Source: Candidatus Odinarchaeota archaeon (GTDB taxonomy: Archaea; Asgardarchaeota; Odinarchaeia; Odinarchaeales; Odinarchaeaceae). From it: a DNA stretch of 32,000 nucleotides. Positions 17,118 through 26,825 of this stretch are shown here, piece after piece. Location: NCBI GenBank assembly GCA_038826135.1, contig JAWBON010000003.1, positions 1-32,000 on the forward strand, in the 5' to 3' direction. Each line of letters begins with the position of its first letter. Within the stretch, counting starts at the first letter, position 1. The notes under the pieces are model-generated. The model was given only the letters and a program-made list of their open reading frames with translations, was not told the DNA's origin and made no database searches. A program made the translations under genes and the position numbers.

Positions 17118-18659
17118 ATGAAAATGCAAACAATAAATCAAATGTTAGAAGACCTTATAGAGAGAGGCTATCAATTAACACCAGCAGCTTTTAAAATTAT
17201 AAATGAATCTGAAAACCCGCTTGAAACAATCAGCCTACTAATAAACAAAATTTCGGCAACCTCTGGTTTACCCCCTGTTTTAGATGTAGAGGTTATTTCC
17301 TCTTTAATAAATACTCAAAAGGATATTTCACCCCCCAGACCGGAATTAAATCATAATGGTCAGATAGCTACTAGTTTAAAACCTTTACCGGTAGCCCGAG
17401 ATGCGGTTGAAAAAATAAAAATATTATTCGACCCTACCGGCAAATCATACTCCACAGGGAGAACAGAGGAGTTCATTAAATACTTTCAGAACAGGTACAT
17501 GAAAATTAAAAAAATTTTCCTCTCAAGGAAGGATATGAACGATGTTATAACAATAGATGGTTTAAGCAGAACAAATTCAACGGAGGACAAAATCAAATTA
17601 ATAGCTATAGTAATGGATAAAAAAGCTACGGGAAAGGGGAATATTCTACTAGAATTAGAGGATCCGACAGGTACAATTAAAGCAATCGTCAACAAGAATA
17701 ACAGAGAACTATTTTTAAAAGCAAATAACATATTATTAGACCAGGTGTTGTGCTTCGAAGGCACAGTCAGCCAGTCGAACTTATTCTTTATTGAAGAAAT
17801 ATATTGGCCGAATACGTCAACTCAGCATAAAAGTAAAAGCGCAGGGGAACAGATATTTGTAGGCTTACTTTCAGACATGCATATTGGGAGTAAACAGTTT
17901 TTAGAAAAATATTTTTTAAAGTTTATATCCTGGTTAAAAGGGGAAATAGGAAGTGAGAAGCAGAGAGAGATAGCCAGCCGATTGAAATATATTATAATCG
18001 CTGGCGACTTAGTTGATGGAATAGGGGTTTACCCTCATCAAGAAGAAGATCTCGCCATTATAGATGTTACCGAGCAATATGAAAAAGCCAGATCACTACT
18101 AGAACAAATACCCGAATACATAAATATCATTATCAGCCCCGGTAATCACGATGCGAGTCGGCAAGCTTTACCCCAGCCAGCGATACCTGAAAAATATGCT
18201 AAAGGATTATACGATATGAAAAATGTAGTAATGGTTGGGAACCCCGCATTAATCCAAATATGTGAACATAATTTTCTCGTATACCATGGAAGAAGTTTAG
18301 ATGATTTAGCAGCGTCAATCCAAGGTGCAACACCACTTAACCCCACTAGTTTAATGAGGGAGTTACTTGTTGGACGACATTTAGCTCCAGAGTTCGGAAA
18401 TAGAACACCTATATCCCCGGAGTTCGAGGACTACTTGGTTATAGAAAATGAACCTGATGTCTTCCATGCAGGGCATTTACATATAACTGGGGTTGAAACA
18501 TATCGGAATATAGCATTAGTAAATTCCGGTACCTGGCAAAGTCAAACTACATATCAAAAGAACATGGGGATAATTCCAACACCTTGCAAAATTCCATTAT
18601 ATGATTTGAGGGAGAACAAAATCCATATAATCGATTTTATGGAATACAACGGAGGATAA
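17118..18659 (+). CDS. polB: DNA polymerase D small subunit DP1
   Basis: OB fold (LEDPTG) and metallophosphoesterase motifs SDMHIGS, GDLVDGIG, PGNHD, YHG, GHLH and NSGTWQ. Confidence 0.95.
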   Translation: MKMQTINQMLEDLIERGYQLTPAAFKIINESENPLETISLLINKISATSGLPPVLDVEVISSLINTQKDISPPRPELNHNGQIATSLKPLPVARDAVEKIKILFDPTGKSYSTGRTEEFIKYFQNRYMKIKKIFLSRKDMNDVITIDGLSRTNSTEDKIKLIAIVMDKKATGKGNILLELEDPTGTIKAIVNKNNRELFLKANNILLDQVLCFEGTVSQSNLFFIEEIYWPNTSTQHKSKSAGEQIFVGLLSDMHIGSKQFLEKYFLKFISWLKGEIGSEKQREIASRLKYIIIAGDLVDGIGVYPHQEEDLAIIDVTEQYEKARSLLEQIPEYINIIISPGNHDASRQALPQPAIPEKYAKGLYDMKNVVMVGNPALIQICEHNFLVYHGRSLDDLAASIQGATPLNPTSLMRELLVGRHLAPEFGNRTPISPEFEDYLVIENEPDVFHAGHLHITGVETYRNIALVNSGTWQSQTTYQKNMGIIPTPCKIPLYDLRENKIHIIDFMEYNGG

Positions 18660-18677
18660 TATCGTATATAATCTATG

Positions 18678-19916
18678 TTACGCGCCTATCTTTTTTAAAG
18701 AAGACTCTAGTGAAAATATTTTTTTCAGCCGAAAATCTTTTTCCAAACAGTTTCTCACCAAGTCCGGTGCCACAGCTAATTTAATTTTTTTAGTGCGACC
18801 ATAACGGCCTTTATTAATTATCGCCGCATTTATTAAACCATGCATGTCTAGCTCACTTATTAGATCGCTTATTCTCCTCTGGGTTAAATTATCCACTTTT
18901 ATTATCTCAGTTAATTTTAGGTAGATGTTAAAAATGTCGCCTGTAATAATTTCAGGCGTCTTGTTTTTCTCCAATAAGTATACACTAAGCAAAACTATTT
19001 TTGATTGAATTGGCAGAGATTTTAAGAGTTCAGATACAATATCATGTTCATATTGAAACATGCTTTTTCTAACATGATCCTCAGTTACTCGTTGCGCGCC
19101 CTCCCTTTCAGCGAATTCCCCGGCGACCCTAAGCAAGTCGATCGCCCGTCTAGCGTCACCATGCTCCCTCGCAGCTAAAGCCGCGCATAAATTAATAACT
19201 CCAGGTTCAATAACCCCGCGGTTAAAACCCATCTCCGCTCGATTCCTCAAAATATCTTGAAGCTCTAAAGCAGTGTAAGGCGGGAATACAAGCTCCTCCT
19301 CACTTAGACTACTAAGAACCCGGGGGTCAAGATAATCCTTAAATTTAAGATCGTTAGTGATGCCTACAATATTAACCCTAGCGCGTTTTAAACTAGAGTT
19401 TATCCTAGTTAAATTATAAAGGATATCGGTTCCGCTTTTTTCAACTAGTTTATCAACCTCGTCAAGAACCACGATTAAAAGTTGAGCTTCAACATCAAGC
19501 TTATCCTTAAACCTGTAATAAACTTCATCAGTCGGCAACCCTGTAAACGGTATTTCAACATTGACAGACTCGGCTAAACGCGCCAGCACCCGGTAATTAG
19601 TATCGATAATTCTACAATTAATATAGGAGCTATTAACTTTCAGTTTGCTTTCAATTCTTAACGCGCGCTCCGATAGTTTTTCTATAACATACTTAACAAC
19701 AGCTGTTTTACCAGTTCCTGTTTTACCGTAAATAAATAAATTTGAGGGGGTCCCGCCTTTCAAAGCAGATGCGAGAATCATGCCTACCCGAGTGATCTGT
19801 TGTTCCCTATGCGGAAGCTCGCTTGGTATGTAGGTGGGCCGCATCACATCCCTGTTTTTAAAAATATTGCTCATTAAAATACGATCGAATGTGGCTTCCA
19901 ATGTGTTATCGCTCAT
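18678..19916 (-). CDS. cdc6: Orc1/Cdc6 replication initiator
   Basis: LPHREQQI, Walker A GKTGTGKT, Walker B LDEVD, HGDARRAIDLL and C-terminal winged helix (GRYGRT). Confidence 0.96.
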   Translation of the reverse strand: MSDNTLEATFDRILMSNIFKNRDVMRPTYIPSELPHREQQITRVGMILASALKGGTPSNLFIYGKTGTGKTAVVKYVIEKLSERALRIESKLKVNSSYINCRIIDTNYRVLARLAESVNVEIPFTGLPTDEVYYRFKDKLDVEAQLLIVVLDEVDKLVEKSGTDILYNLTRINSSLKRARVNIVGITNDLKFKDYLDPRVLSSLSEEELVFPPYTALELQDILRNRAEMGFNRGVIEPGVINLCAALAAREHGDARRAIDLLRVAGEFAEREGAQRVTEDHVRKSMFQYEHDIVSELLKSLPIQSKIVLLSVYLLEKNKTPEIITGDIFNIYLKLTEIIKVDNLTQRRISDLISELDMHGLINAAIINKGRYGRTKKIKLAVAPDLVRNCLEKDFRLKKIFSLESSLKKIGA

Positions 19917-20373
19917 AATAGACTACTCCAAAAGATTAGTGCAGTGAAATATCGTTTTTCATTATTAAAGATTTACTATATAGAAAACTTAAAACAGTAC
20001 AAGCTCGTTTTAGCGCTTTTTTCAAGAATCTATGGTTGACGGGAGTATTCTCAGTTTCAATTGTGGCGCTTAACCATGAATAAAGAAATTTTATAATAAA
20101 AGTTTAGCAAGCGTTTTTTCACTAACATAAACTTTTAAACCCTTATAATTTGGTAATAACCCGCTCTACTTCCCCTAAATCCTAAATTAAATTTAAAAAT
20201 AATAAAGAAATAAAATTCTTATAAGATATATTTGTGAAATTGTAAAAACCTAGAAAAGCGATAATAAGAGCAAAGTTAGCTAATCGCGGTTTAATCGGTT
20301 TTTTATAGTATACAATATTTCACAGATAAACATAAATATACAAAAATTTATAGTAATTAAGCAGTGGTTCCAG

Positions 20374-20835
20374 ATGGCGCACGGACGGGTCAAAATAGAG
20401 TTCTTCAACCAGGAGGCGGGCAGTAAGGTAACTTTAATCATCGAGGGGGGGCTGCCTCAGAATGTAATCACCCCTCTCGAATCATTTTTATTATCAACTA
20501 TAAAACAGCCAGAAATAGAGAATATAGAAGAGCGCCCCACGCCGACTGCGTTAGACTTAGATTCATTGACAAAGAAGCAGAAAATAGAATTAATAATTAT
20601 AAAATATTTTAGAAACGGTTCATTCACTTCAAGAGACGTCCAAGAGTTATATAAATCCGCTTTTGAAGAAGAGATAAATCTGAGCACTATTTCAACTAAT
20701 CTGATCAGGCTTGTTGAAGAAGGAGTGCTGTTAAGAAGCGGACCGCGCTTAGACCGGCGTTACCGTTTATATGTAAATGTTGCAAAGAAGAAGTTGATTC
20801 AACTATACCCGCTCACAGAGAGGTTAAAGGCCTAG
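20374..20835 (+). CDS. Winged-helix protein with an N-terminal beta-hairpin, divergent from cdc6
   Basis: FTSRDVQELY...INLSTISTNLIRLVEEGVLLRSG...RRYRL wHTH pattern. Confidence 0.7.
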   Translation: MAHGRVKIEFFNQEAGSKVTLIIEGGLPQNVITPLESFLLSTIKQPEIENIEERPTPTALDLDSLTKKQKIELIIIKYFRNGSFTSRDVQELYKSAFEEEINLSTISTNLIRLVEEGVLLRSGPRLDRRYRLYVNVAKKKLIQLYPLTERLKA

Positions 20836-20902
20836 CTTCAATTATGTTTAAATAGTTTATCACTTAATTTATATATAAAATAAAATTATAGGTCGGTTTA
20901 TA

Positions 20903-21181
20903 ATGCCAGCTAAATCCGACAAAACAACCATTATTAACGAGGACAGTTATGTTAGCGGGGAAGTAGTTAAATCTAAACTAGATTTAAAGAATACAATATT
21001 AGATCTGCTCGGCAAGCACGGTCCGCTAACTAGAGATGATATGGTTGAGTTCACAGGAATACCGAGAACCACCTTATATGATTCCCTCGATAAATTGATA
21101 TTATCTGGAAAAGTTGAAAAATATGTTTTAAAAGTTAATAAGAAAGGTAGGCCAACGGTTTATTACGAGTTGGTGAAATAA
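20903..21181 (+). CDS. Small winged-helix (TrmB/ArsR-like) DNA-binding protein
   Basis: GPLTRDDMVEFTGIPRTTLYDSLDKL...GRPTVYY. Confidence 0.8.
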   Translation: MPAKSDKTTIINEDSYVSGEVVKSKLDLKNTILDLLGKHGPLTRDDMVEFTGIPRTTLYDSLDKLILSGKVEKYVLKVNKKGRPTVYYELVK

Positions 21182-21410
21182 CTCTATAAAATCTCCTAGC
21201 CAGCTATTAATTAATGAATTATATTTTTAGTTATAATAAATGTTGAAGTGAAAATAAGGGTATAATATTTAGGGAATATAAGTTTACGAATAACATAATA
21301 GATATAAGTTAAATTACATAGTAAGCGATAAGTTCTGATAAACTACTTTTTCATAATATTTTAGTTAATAAAACAATGTTTTTGAAACCTGCTTAAATTT
21401 AGTTACCCTC

Positions 21411-21431
21411 ACCCCATTGCTTCCACTGGAA
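21411..21431 (-). promoter_or_regulatory. Origin recognition box (ORB) 1
   Basis: TTCCAGTGGAAGCAATGGGGT on the minus strand: dyad plus G-string. Confidence 0.8.
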
Positions 21432-21599
21432 GTTATTAAAATAAATAGAATTATATTTTATAGTTAAAAAAATAGTTTGAATGTATATTAATTTTCATAT
21501 ATAAAAACTTATCGCAGATCCTTTACCACCAGCTATTAGACGCTTTAATCACATGCACCCATAATAAATCCTTCTATAAATTGCAGTATTGAAACATAT

Positions 21600-21623
21600 C
21601 AAATACCAAAACAAATACCAAAA
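21600..21623 (+). repeat. Tandem 12-bp repeat (CAAATACCAAAA)x2
   Basis: Read directly; lies between the two ORBs. Confidence 0.8.
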
Positions 21624-21707
21624 TCAAGCACAACGCGTAAACAAATACAATGAAAAGTTGAAATTATAAAAATAATTATAATAAAGCCCTAATCTATCTA
21701 TTAAATT

Positions 21708-21728
21708 CTCCAGTGGAAATAAAGGGGT
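21708..21728 (+). promoter_or_regulatory. Origin recognition box (ORB) 2
   Basis: CTCCAGTGGAAATAAAGGGGT, 17/21 identical to ORB 1. Confidence 0.82.
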
Positions 21729-21734
21729 TGCCGG

Positions 21735-22028
21735 TTATTTGAGAAAAACCTCTTTTTCCACTAAAAACTTTCTCACCGTTATAACATCACTGTAGATCCT
21801 AAACAATTCATCAAAAAACCCAGAAAACTCTAAATTAACACTTATCGCACTATCCCCTATTTTATTAGCTTGGTAACGTTGCAGAAGCCCCGCCCTGTCT
21901 TTCTCTTTTAAACCGTCCTTAGTCAACCACTTATATTTGTACCCAAACAACTCTTTGTTAAACCTAGTTCGCCGCGGATCCCTCTGTCTTCCTTTTTTAA
22001 CATCATAAACGTATATTACTAGCGACAC
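21735..22028 (-). CDS. Cas2/VapD-like small protein, stand-alone
   Basis: LVIYVYDVK...RRTRFNKELFGY resembles the Cas2 beta1-Asp/alpha1 pattern; no cas1 or array in the window. Confidence 0.45.
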   Translation of the reverse strand: MSLVIYVYDVKKGRQRDPRRTRFNKELFGYKYKWLTKDGLKEKDRAGLLQRYQANKIGDSAISVNLEFSGFFDELFRIYSDVITVRKFLVEKEVFLK

Positions 22029-22389
22029 ATCTATAATAGTTGACCACCGGTCTTAAAAAACTTATACAAAGTCTTAAACAAAAACCCGGCTGGTTCTGAA
22101 CACCAATTATAATGGACAAATATTCGTTGAACCACGCTTAGACTTTAACTCAGAACTCACGTAGACCTGAACCTGCGCCTCCATGGCGGTAAATCCTGTT
22201 TTTGCCTTTAATTTTTTGGCCTCTCAAGCTAAATCGTTTAAACATCCTGCAGCCAGTATCTTCTCAATTAGAATAATTCTACCTCTCATACATTAACAAC
22301 CCCCTCTTAATTGGTGTTTTTATAATTTTTTGTAAACTGGTTAGTGAATTTAACCCAACTGTGATTTTCCGGGGGCGTGGTGGTTTATT

Positions 22390-23040
22390 ATGGTCTTAGA
22401 AATTATATTTAATTGCTTAACAGTTGCTGTGGAGTTCCTTCTTTCAGCAATATTGCTTTTTAAATGGATCAGGGTGAAGATAAAATTCTATTCAGATCTG
22501 CCGTTTCTATTCGGCGTCTCGATATTGTTTATAGGTTTTTCAACGTTATTGAATTTAATATACTCAATAACTTTTTTCATCCAAGAAATAACCATCTTTC
22601 AAGTCAGGGGTGTTTTAATTTGTATCACTGCGGTTACAATGTTTCTCGGCGTCCTTAAAATCTGGCTGCCAGAAAACTATAAACTACTAATCGCTGGCAG
22701 TTTGATTTATACAATAAGTTTTCTAACAATTCTGTTTATTTCAGCGTCGCCAGCTCAAATCGTAACCTACACCAGTCCGTTTATTGCAATTAATATACTG
22801 CTTGTAGTGACAACGTTTAGCGTGGTGTATGTTAAACACAGGCTTCCTCTAATTAATTCCCCATTGATTATTTCAGGGGCGCTTGTAATTTTAATCAGTC
22901 AATTACTTAAAGCCTTTTCTTTCAATCTGGGTGTACTTTTAATTCCAGATTTGGTCTCAATTGTCGGTTGGTCGCTATTTACACTAGGCTTCCTCTTAAA
23001 GGCCCCGTATTTTAGAGCGCAGTCTCAAATCAGTTTATAA
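22390..23040 (+). CDS. Integral membrane protein (about 7 TM), unknown function
   Basis: Successive hydrophobic segments. Confidence 0.7.
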   Translation: MVLEIIFNCLTVAVEFLLSAILLFKWIRVKIKFYSDLPFLFGVSILFIGFSTLLNLIYSITFFIQEITIFQVRGVLICITAVTMFLGVLKIWLPENYKLLIAGSLIYTISFLTILFISASPAQIVTYTSPFIAINILLVVTTFSVVYVKHRLPLINSPLIISGALVILISQLLKAFSFNLGVLLIPDLVSIVGWSLFTLGFLLKAPYFRAQSQISL

Positions 23041-23284
23041 ATTATTAAAATTGTTTAAACCTGTCAACATCTATTTTTTATGTAATCTTTTGAATGCAGG
23101 TGTTTAAGCTTACCACTAATGATTAGCAACTTAAATAACAATTTTTACCCCCACAGACGGCTGGTAATTCATATTTTTTAGATTTTTTAGCTTACAAAAC
23201 TCAATAAATCGACTTAAAAATGAAATAAGTTTTTAAAGGTTTAAGTCGCTTTATTATATAAGAAAAAATTAAGGTGTTAAATAT

Positions 23285-24493
23285 ATGAGATCGCTTATTG
23301 AGGATGCGCTAGCACACGCCAGATACGAGGAGAAAATTATGCCGGTGAAAACTGAGGGTAACGCTCGTATTGTTGTGGTGGGTGCTGGGGGTGGTGGTAA
23401 TAACACTGTAAACCGGCTTATGACGCTGGGTATTCAGGGTGCAGAATGTATTGCTGTTAATACTGACCGGCAACATTTAGATTTTGTAAAAGCTAATAAG
23501 AAAATTTTAATCGGTGAAATGATTACAAGAGGGCTTGGCGCTGGGGGGTACCCTGAAGTTGGTGCCGCTGCAGCTGATGAAAGCAGAGACACGATAAAGG
23601 CGGCGCTTCAAGACTCGGATCTAGTATTTATCGCAGCTGGTATGGGGGGTGGGACAGGAACGGGAAGCGCGCCCATAATCGCCGAGATAGCTAAAGATTG
23701 CGGTGCGATAGTTGTAGGTGTTGTGACAATGCCGTTCCATGTTGAAAAGGCGCGAATCGAGAAAGCAAAGATCGGCTTAGAGAAACTTCAAAAACACGCT
23801 GACACGGTTGTGGTTATAGATAATAATCGCCTGCTAGAAATAGCGCCGAATTTACCAATAGATAAAGCGTTTTGCGTAGCAGACGAGGTTCTTGCAAATA
23901 TGGTGAAGGGGATAACTGAAACCATAACCCTGCCAAGTCTAATAAATCTCGACTACGCAGATGTGAGAACTATTATGACTAATGGGGGGGTTGCACTGGT
24001 AGGTTTAGGTGAAGCCTTCTCCTCAGAGACGGGCTCTGAAAACACTCATTTTAATCTCAGCAGACCACCAGTCGTAAATAAATTAAAACTGTCAGGTAAA
24101 TCAAGGGCTGAGATTGCTGTTAAAAACGCTCTTAACACGCCGCTTCTAGAAATAGATTATGAGGGTGCTACAGGCGCTTTAATACATGTAGTCGGAGGGG
24201 AGGATTTAACTCTGGAAGAAGCAAACTATGTGGCCAAAATAGTAACTGATAAAATGGATCCAAACGCGATAGTTATCTGGGGGGCTAGAGTTGATCCTCA
24301 ATTAAACGGTGCCCTAAGAGTTATGTTAATATTAACCGGTGTTAAAAGCCCTCAGCTACTAGGTAATTCAAGGAAAGATAGAACTATACCCCCAAAAAAT
24401 TATATTTCTAAACTCCCATCATATTCCTCCACAGGTTCAGAAAGCGCGATGACGGTTGACATATATGATTTAGGCTTAGACAGAATAGACTAA
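23285..24493 (+). CDS. ftsZ: Cell division protein FtsZ, archaeal FtsZ2-like
   Basis: [22 protein letters not shown] and [10 protein letters not shown]; FtsZ2-like PFHVEKAR and C-terminal LGLDRI. Confidence 0.95.
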   Translation: MRSLIEDALAHARYEEKIMPVKTEGNARIVVVGAGGGGNNTVNRLMTLGIQGAECIAVNTDRQHLDFVKANKKILIGEMITRGLGAGGYPEVGAAAADESRDTIKAALQDSDLVFIAAGMGGGTGTGSAPIIAEIAKDCGAIVVGVVTMPFHVEKARIEKAKIGLEKLQKHADTVVVIDNNRLLEIAPNLPIDKAFCVADEVLANMVKGITETITLPSLINLDYADVRTIMTNGGVALVGLGEAFSSETGSENTHFNLSRPPVVNKLKLSGKSRAEIAVKNALNTPLLEIDYEGATGALIHVVGGEDLTLEEANYVAKIVTDKMDPNAIVIWGARVDPQLNGALRVMLILTGVKSPQLLGNSRKDRTIPPKNYISKLPSYSSTGSESAMTVDIYDLGLDRID

Positions 24494-25126
24494 TCATCTA
24501 ATCTTTGATCTTACTTTCCTTAAAAACCGCCAGTGAATCGGTGATGGCCTTCCAAAGTAAGGATTTTTATTTTTAACAATCGAAGATAGGATGTCATCTA
24601 AACCACCCTGCTCAACCAGCGTGTATGCTGACCCGAGTTCAGCGGCTATATGCGCATCGCTTCCAGCTGTGGTTCCACACCTTGTTTTCGAAGCGTATCT
24701 GCTAGCGATTAAATTTCCAAACGGTGTCATCATACCTGAATTATAAACTTCGATTAAATCTGAACGTACCATTTTTATCTTTAAACCTAAACCCCCCCTA
24801 AGATAATCGAATGGGTGTGGTATAAGAGCTAAGCCGCCTTGATCCCTGATCATGTCAATTGTCTCCTCAGGTGTTTTTATAGGATTAAACTCCCCCGTCA
24901 CTCCTAAAGCTATTATATGCCCACCCGTAGTTTTAATCTCAACTCCTGGTATTAATATTAGATTCGTCTTGTTTTTTTTGATTTTATAATAGCCTCTACA
25001 CGTATCGTGATCCGTTACCGCAACCCCGTCCAATTTTTTTCTAACAGCGGTTTTTAAAATTTCTTTAGGACTGCTAATACCGCATTTAGAATAATAAGTG
25101 TGAACGTGAAAATCGATTTTCAACAT
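24494..25126 (-). CDS. PHP-domain phosphoesterase
   Basis: DFHVHT, VTDHD, GHII, PHPF and AGSDAH motifs. Confidence 0.9.
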   Translation of the reverse strand: MLKIDFHVHTYYSKCGISSPKEILKTAVRKKLDGVAVTDHDTCRGYYKIKKNKTNLILIPGVEIKTTGGHIIALGVTGEFNPIKTPEETIDMIRDQGGLALIPHPFDYLRGGLGLKIKMVRSDLIEVYNSGMMTPFGNLIASRYASKTRCGTTAGSDAHIAAELGSAYTLVEQGGLDDILSSIVKNKNPYFGRPSPIHWRFLRKVRSKIR

Positions 25127-25127
25127 A

Positions 25128-26750
25128 TTATATTTCCCCTATTATCGCCGCTTTTATTTTAGGCAAATCTTCTTGACTGATATGAGTTGGCTGTTTGATT
25201 AAAAAAATCTTCACGTCCATAACATTATTCGTTTTTTTCAAGTTTGAAACACACTCTATTAACGCATCCCCGTATTGGGTAGGATCATTTAATAAAATTA
25301 TTTTTTTGAAACCGTATTTAACTATAAATTGATTCAAAGCATCTTTAATCATTTTTAACTGTGTTTCAGAAACAGTATAAGGGGTTAAATACTGTGAAAA
25401 CGGATAGAATTCTTCAATTTCAGCCGGTATTAAACCGAACATTTTTGATAATATTACTATCTCGCTCTTTTTTAAAACATTATCACTCTCTAATATAATT
25501 TTTAACAGTTGATTATATAGCTTTGACTTGTTGAACGGCTTATTTCTAGGTTCAGGAACTAGTATAAGAGTGTCCGGTCTCCAAGGCAGCTTAACTTCAA
25601 ATATTTTAGTCAGATGACGTTTTATTTCAGGTCTGTTAACAGTCTCATCGCTCAGCCATAGAAGTGCTCGTTTTTTACTTGTAGGCGTCCCCTTCTCTAA
25701 ATCATCCTGATATTTCTTTAAAAATTTGAAAGCCTCATATATTGAGGGGTGGCTTCTAGAATTCCTCTCTAAATACTCCCAGAGCCGTCCCTCCCTTATC
25801 GCATATTTAATATTATTAATTTCGTTGAGAATAACATATAAGTTATGTTCAGCCACGAGTTTAACTCTTAAAGATTTATCAGACTGTAAAAGTTCACTCG
25901 GAGTGAACGTGGCACAAACCGGGCAGGTACATATCCGCTCCCTTAATTCACTTAACCGCTTAGTGCCGTGAGGTGTGATATATCGATCACCCTCAGCGTA
26001 AAGCGCGTATGATGCTGAATCGAAAACATCACAACCTAATGCAACAGCTAGTGCGAAAACCATAGGATGCCCCGCGCCGAAAAGATGAACGGGTTTATTT
26101 AGGGGGAGATATCTCTTAGCAGCAGATATCATTTCAATAATTTTTGAATAATTATACTGTTCTAGGAACTGGGTTGGGCTTCCGATAGCATATATGTCGA
26201 ATGGATATTCCCTCATCCCCTTCGCGCTCTCTTCAACTAAATCTATAAACTCTCCTCCCTGTATCGGCCCCACCCAGAGAATATTCTCTTTAGTTTTAAT
26301 TTCAAAACACTGTTTTGCACGCTTCAAAGTCTCATCGACAGTTTTACGAGCAGTCTTATAATTCACACCACTACCTGTAGGGACATCTAGAAAAACACAT
26401 ATATCTGAATCAATAAGTTCTTGGAATTTCACAATCTCCTCCGGGGATATGTCCACTTCACCGTAAACTAGTAATTGGTAGGCCCCAGAATCTGTCATAA
26501 TGGGGCCTTTAAAATCAAGGAATCTGTGAACACCCTGCGAAACCACTTCGTCATAACAATTCTTCTTTAAAATATACGCGTTCGTGATTATCGAATCAAT
26601 TTTAAAATCCCGCATCATTTTATTAGGAGGTATTGTTAATTTAAGCGGGTTTATTACAGGTAAAAGTGCAGGGGTTTCTATATAACCTGACCTAGTTTTA
26701 ATTTTACCTATCCGCCCCATAAGATCTCTCTCAATAATTTCAAAAACCAA
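25128..26750 (-). CDS. tgtA: tRNA-guanine(15) transglycosylase (archaeosine pathway)
   Basis: ETPALLPVINP, TDSGAYQ, PIQGG, HLFGAGHP, FDSASY and Zn-site CTCPVC. Confidence 0.95.
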   Translation of the reverse strand: MVFEIIERDLMGRIGKIKTRSGYIETPALLPVINPLKLTIPPNKMMRDFKIDSIITNAYILKKNCYDEVVSQGVHRFLDFKGPIMTDSGAYQLLVYGEVDISPEEIVKFQELIDSDICVFLDVPTGSGVNYKTARKTVDETLKRAKQCFEIKTKENILWVGPIQGGEFIDLVEESAKGMREYPFDIYAIGSPTQFLEQYNYSKIIEMISAAKRYLPLNKPVHLFGAGHPMVFALAVALGCDVFDSASYALYAEGDRYITPHGTKRLSELRERICTCPVCATFTPSELLQSDKSLRVKLVAEHNLYVILNEINNIKYAIREGRLWEYLERNSRSHPSIYEAFKFLKKYQDDLEKGTPTSKKRALLWLSDETVNRPEIKRHLTKIFEVKLPWRPDTLILVPEPRNKPFNKSKLYNQLLKIILESDNVLKKSEIVILSKMFGLIPAEIEEFYPFSQYLTPYTVSETQLKMIKDALNQFIVKYGFKKIILLNDPTQYGDALIECVSNLKKTNNVMDVKIFLIKQPTHISQEDLPKIKAAIIGEI

Positions 26751-26825
26751 TTTTCAACCTCCTAATGCGGGGTTACCAATACTATTTTATTAGAAAAACA
26801 GTGAATAAAAAAGTAGATGTGTGAT

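Larger units (their letters stand above)
21182..21734. other. Probable replication origin (oriC)
   Basis: AT-rich gene-free interval with two ORBs, about 1.3 kb from cdc6 and near DP1. Confidence 0.7.

Noticed and set aside
21735-22028. CRISPR-Cas locus
   Set aside because: No repeat-spacer array and no other cas genes in the window
24010-24115. FtsZ insertion as an in-frame BHB intron
   Set aside because: Every 4-bp helix/3-nt bulge arrangement tried either lacked an inner stem, shifted the frame or removed the conserved RA
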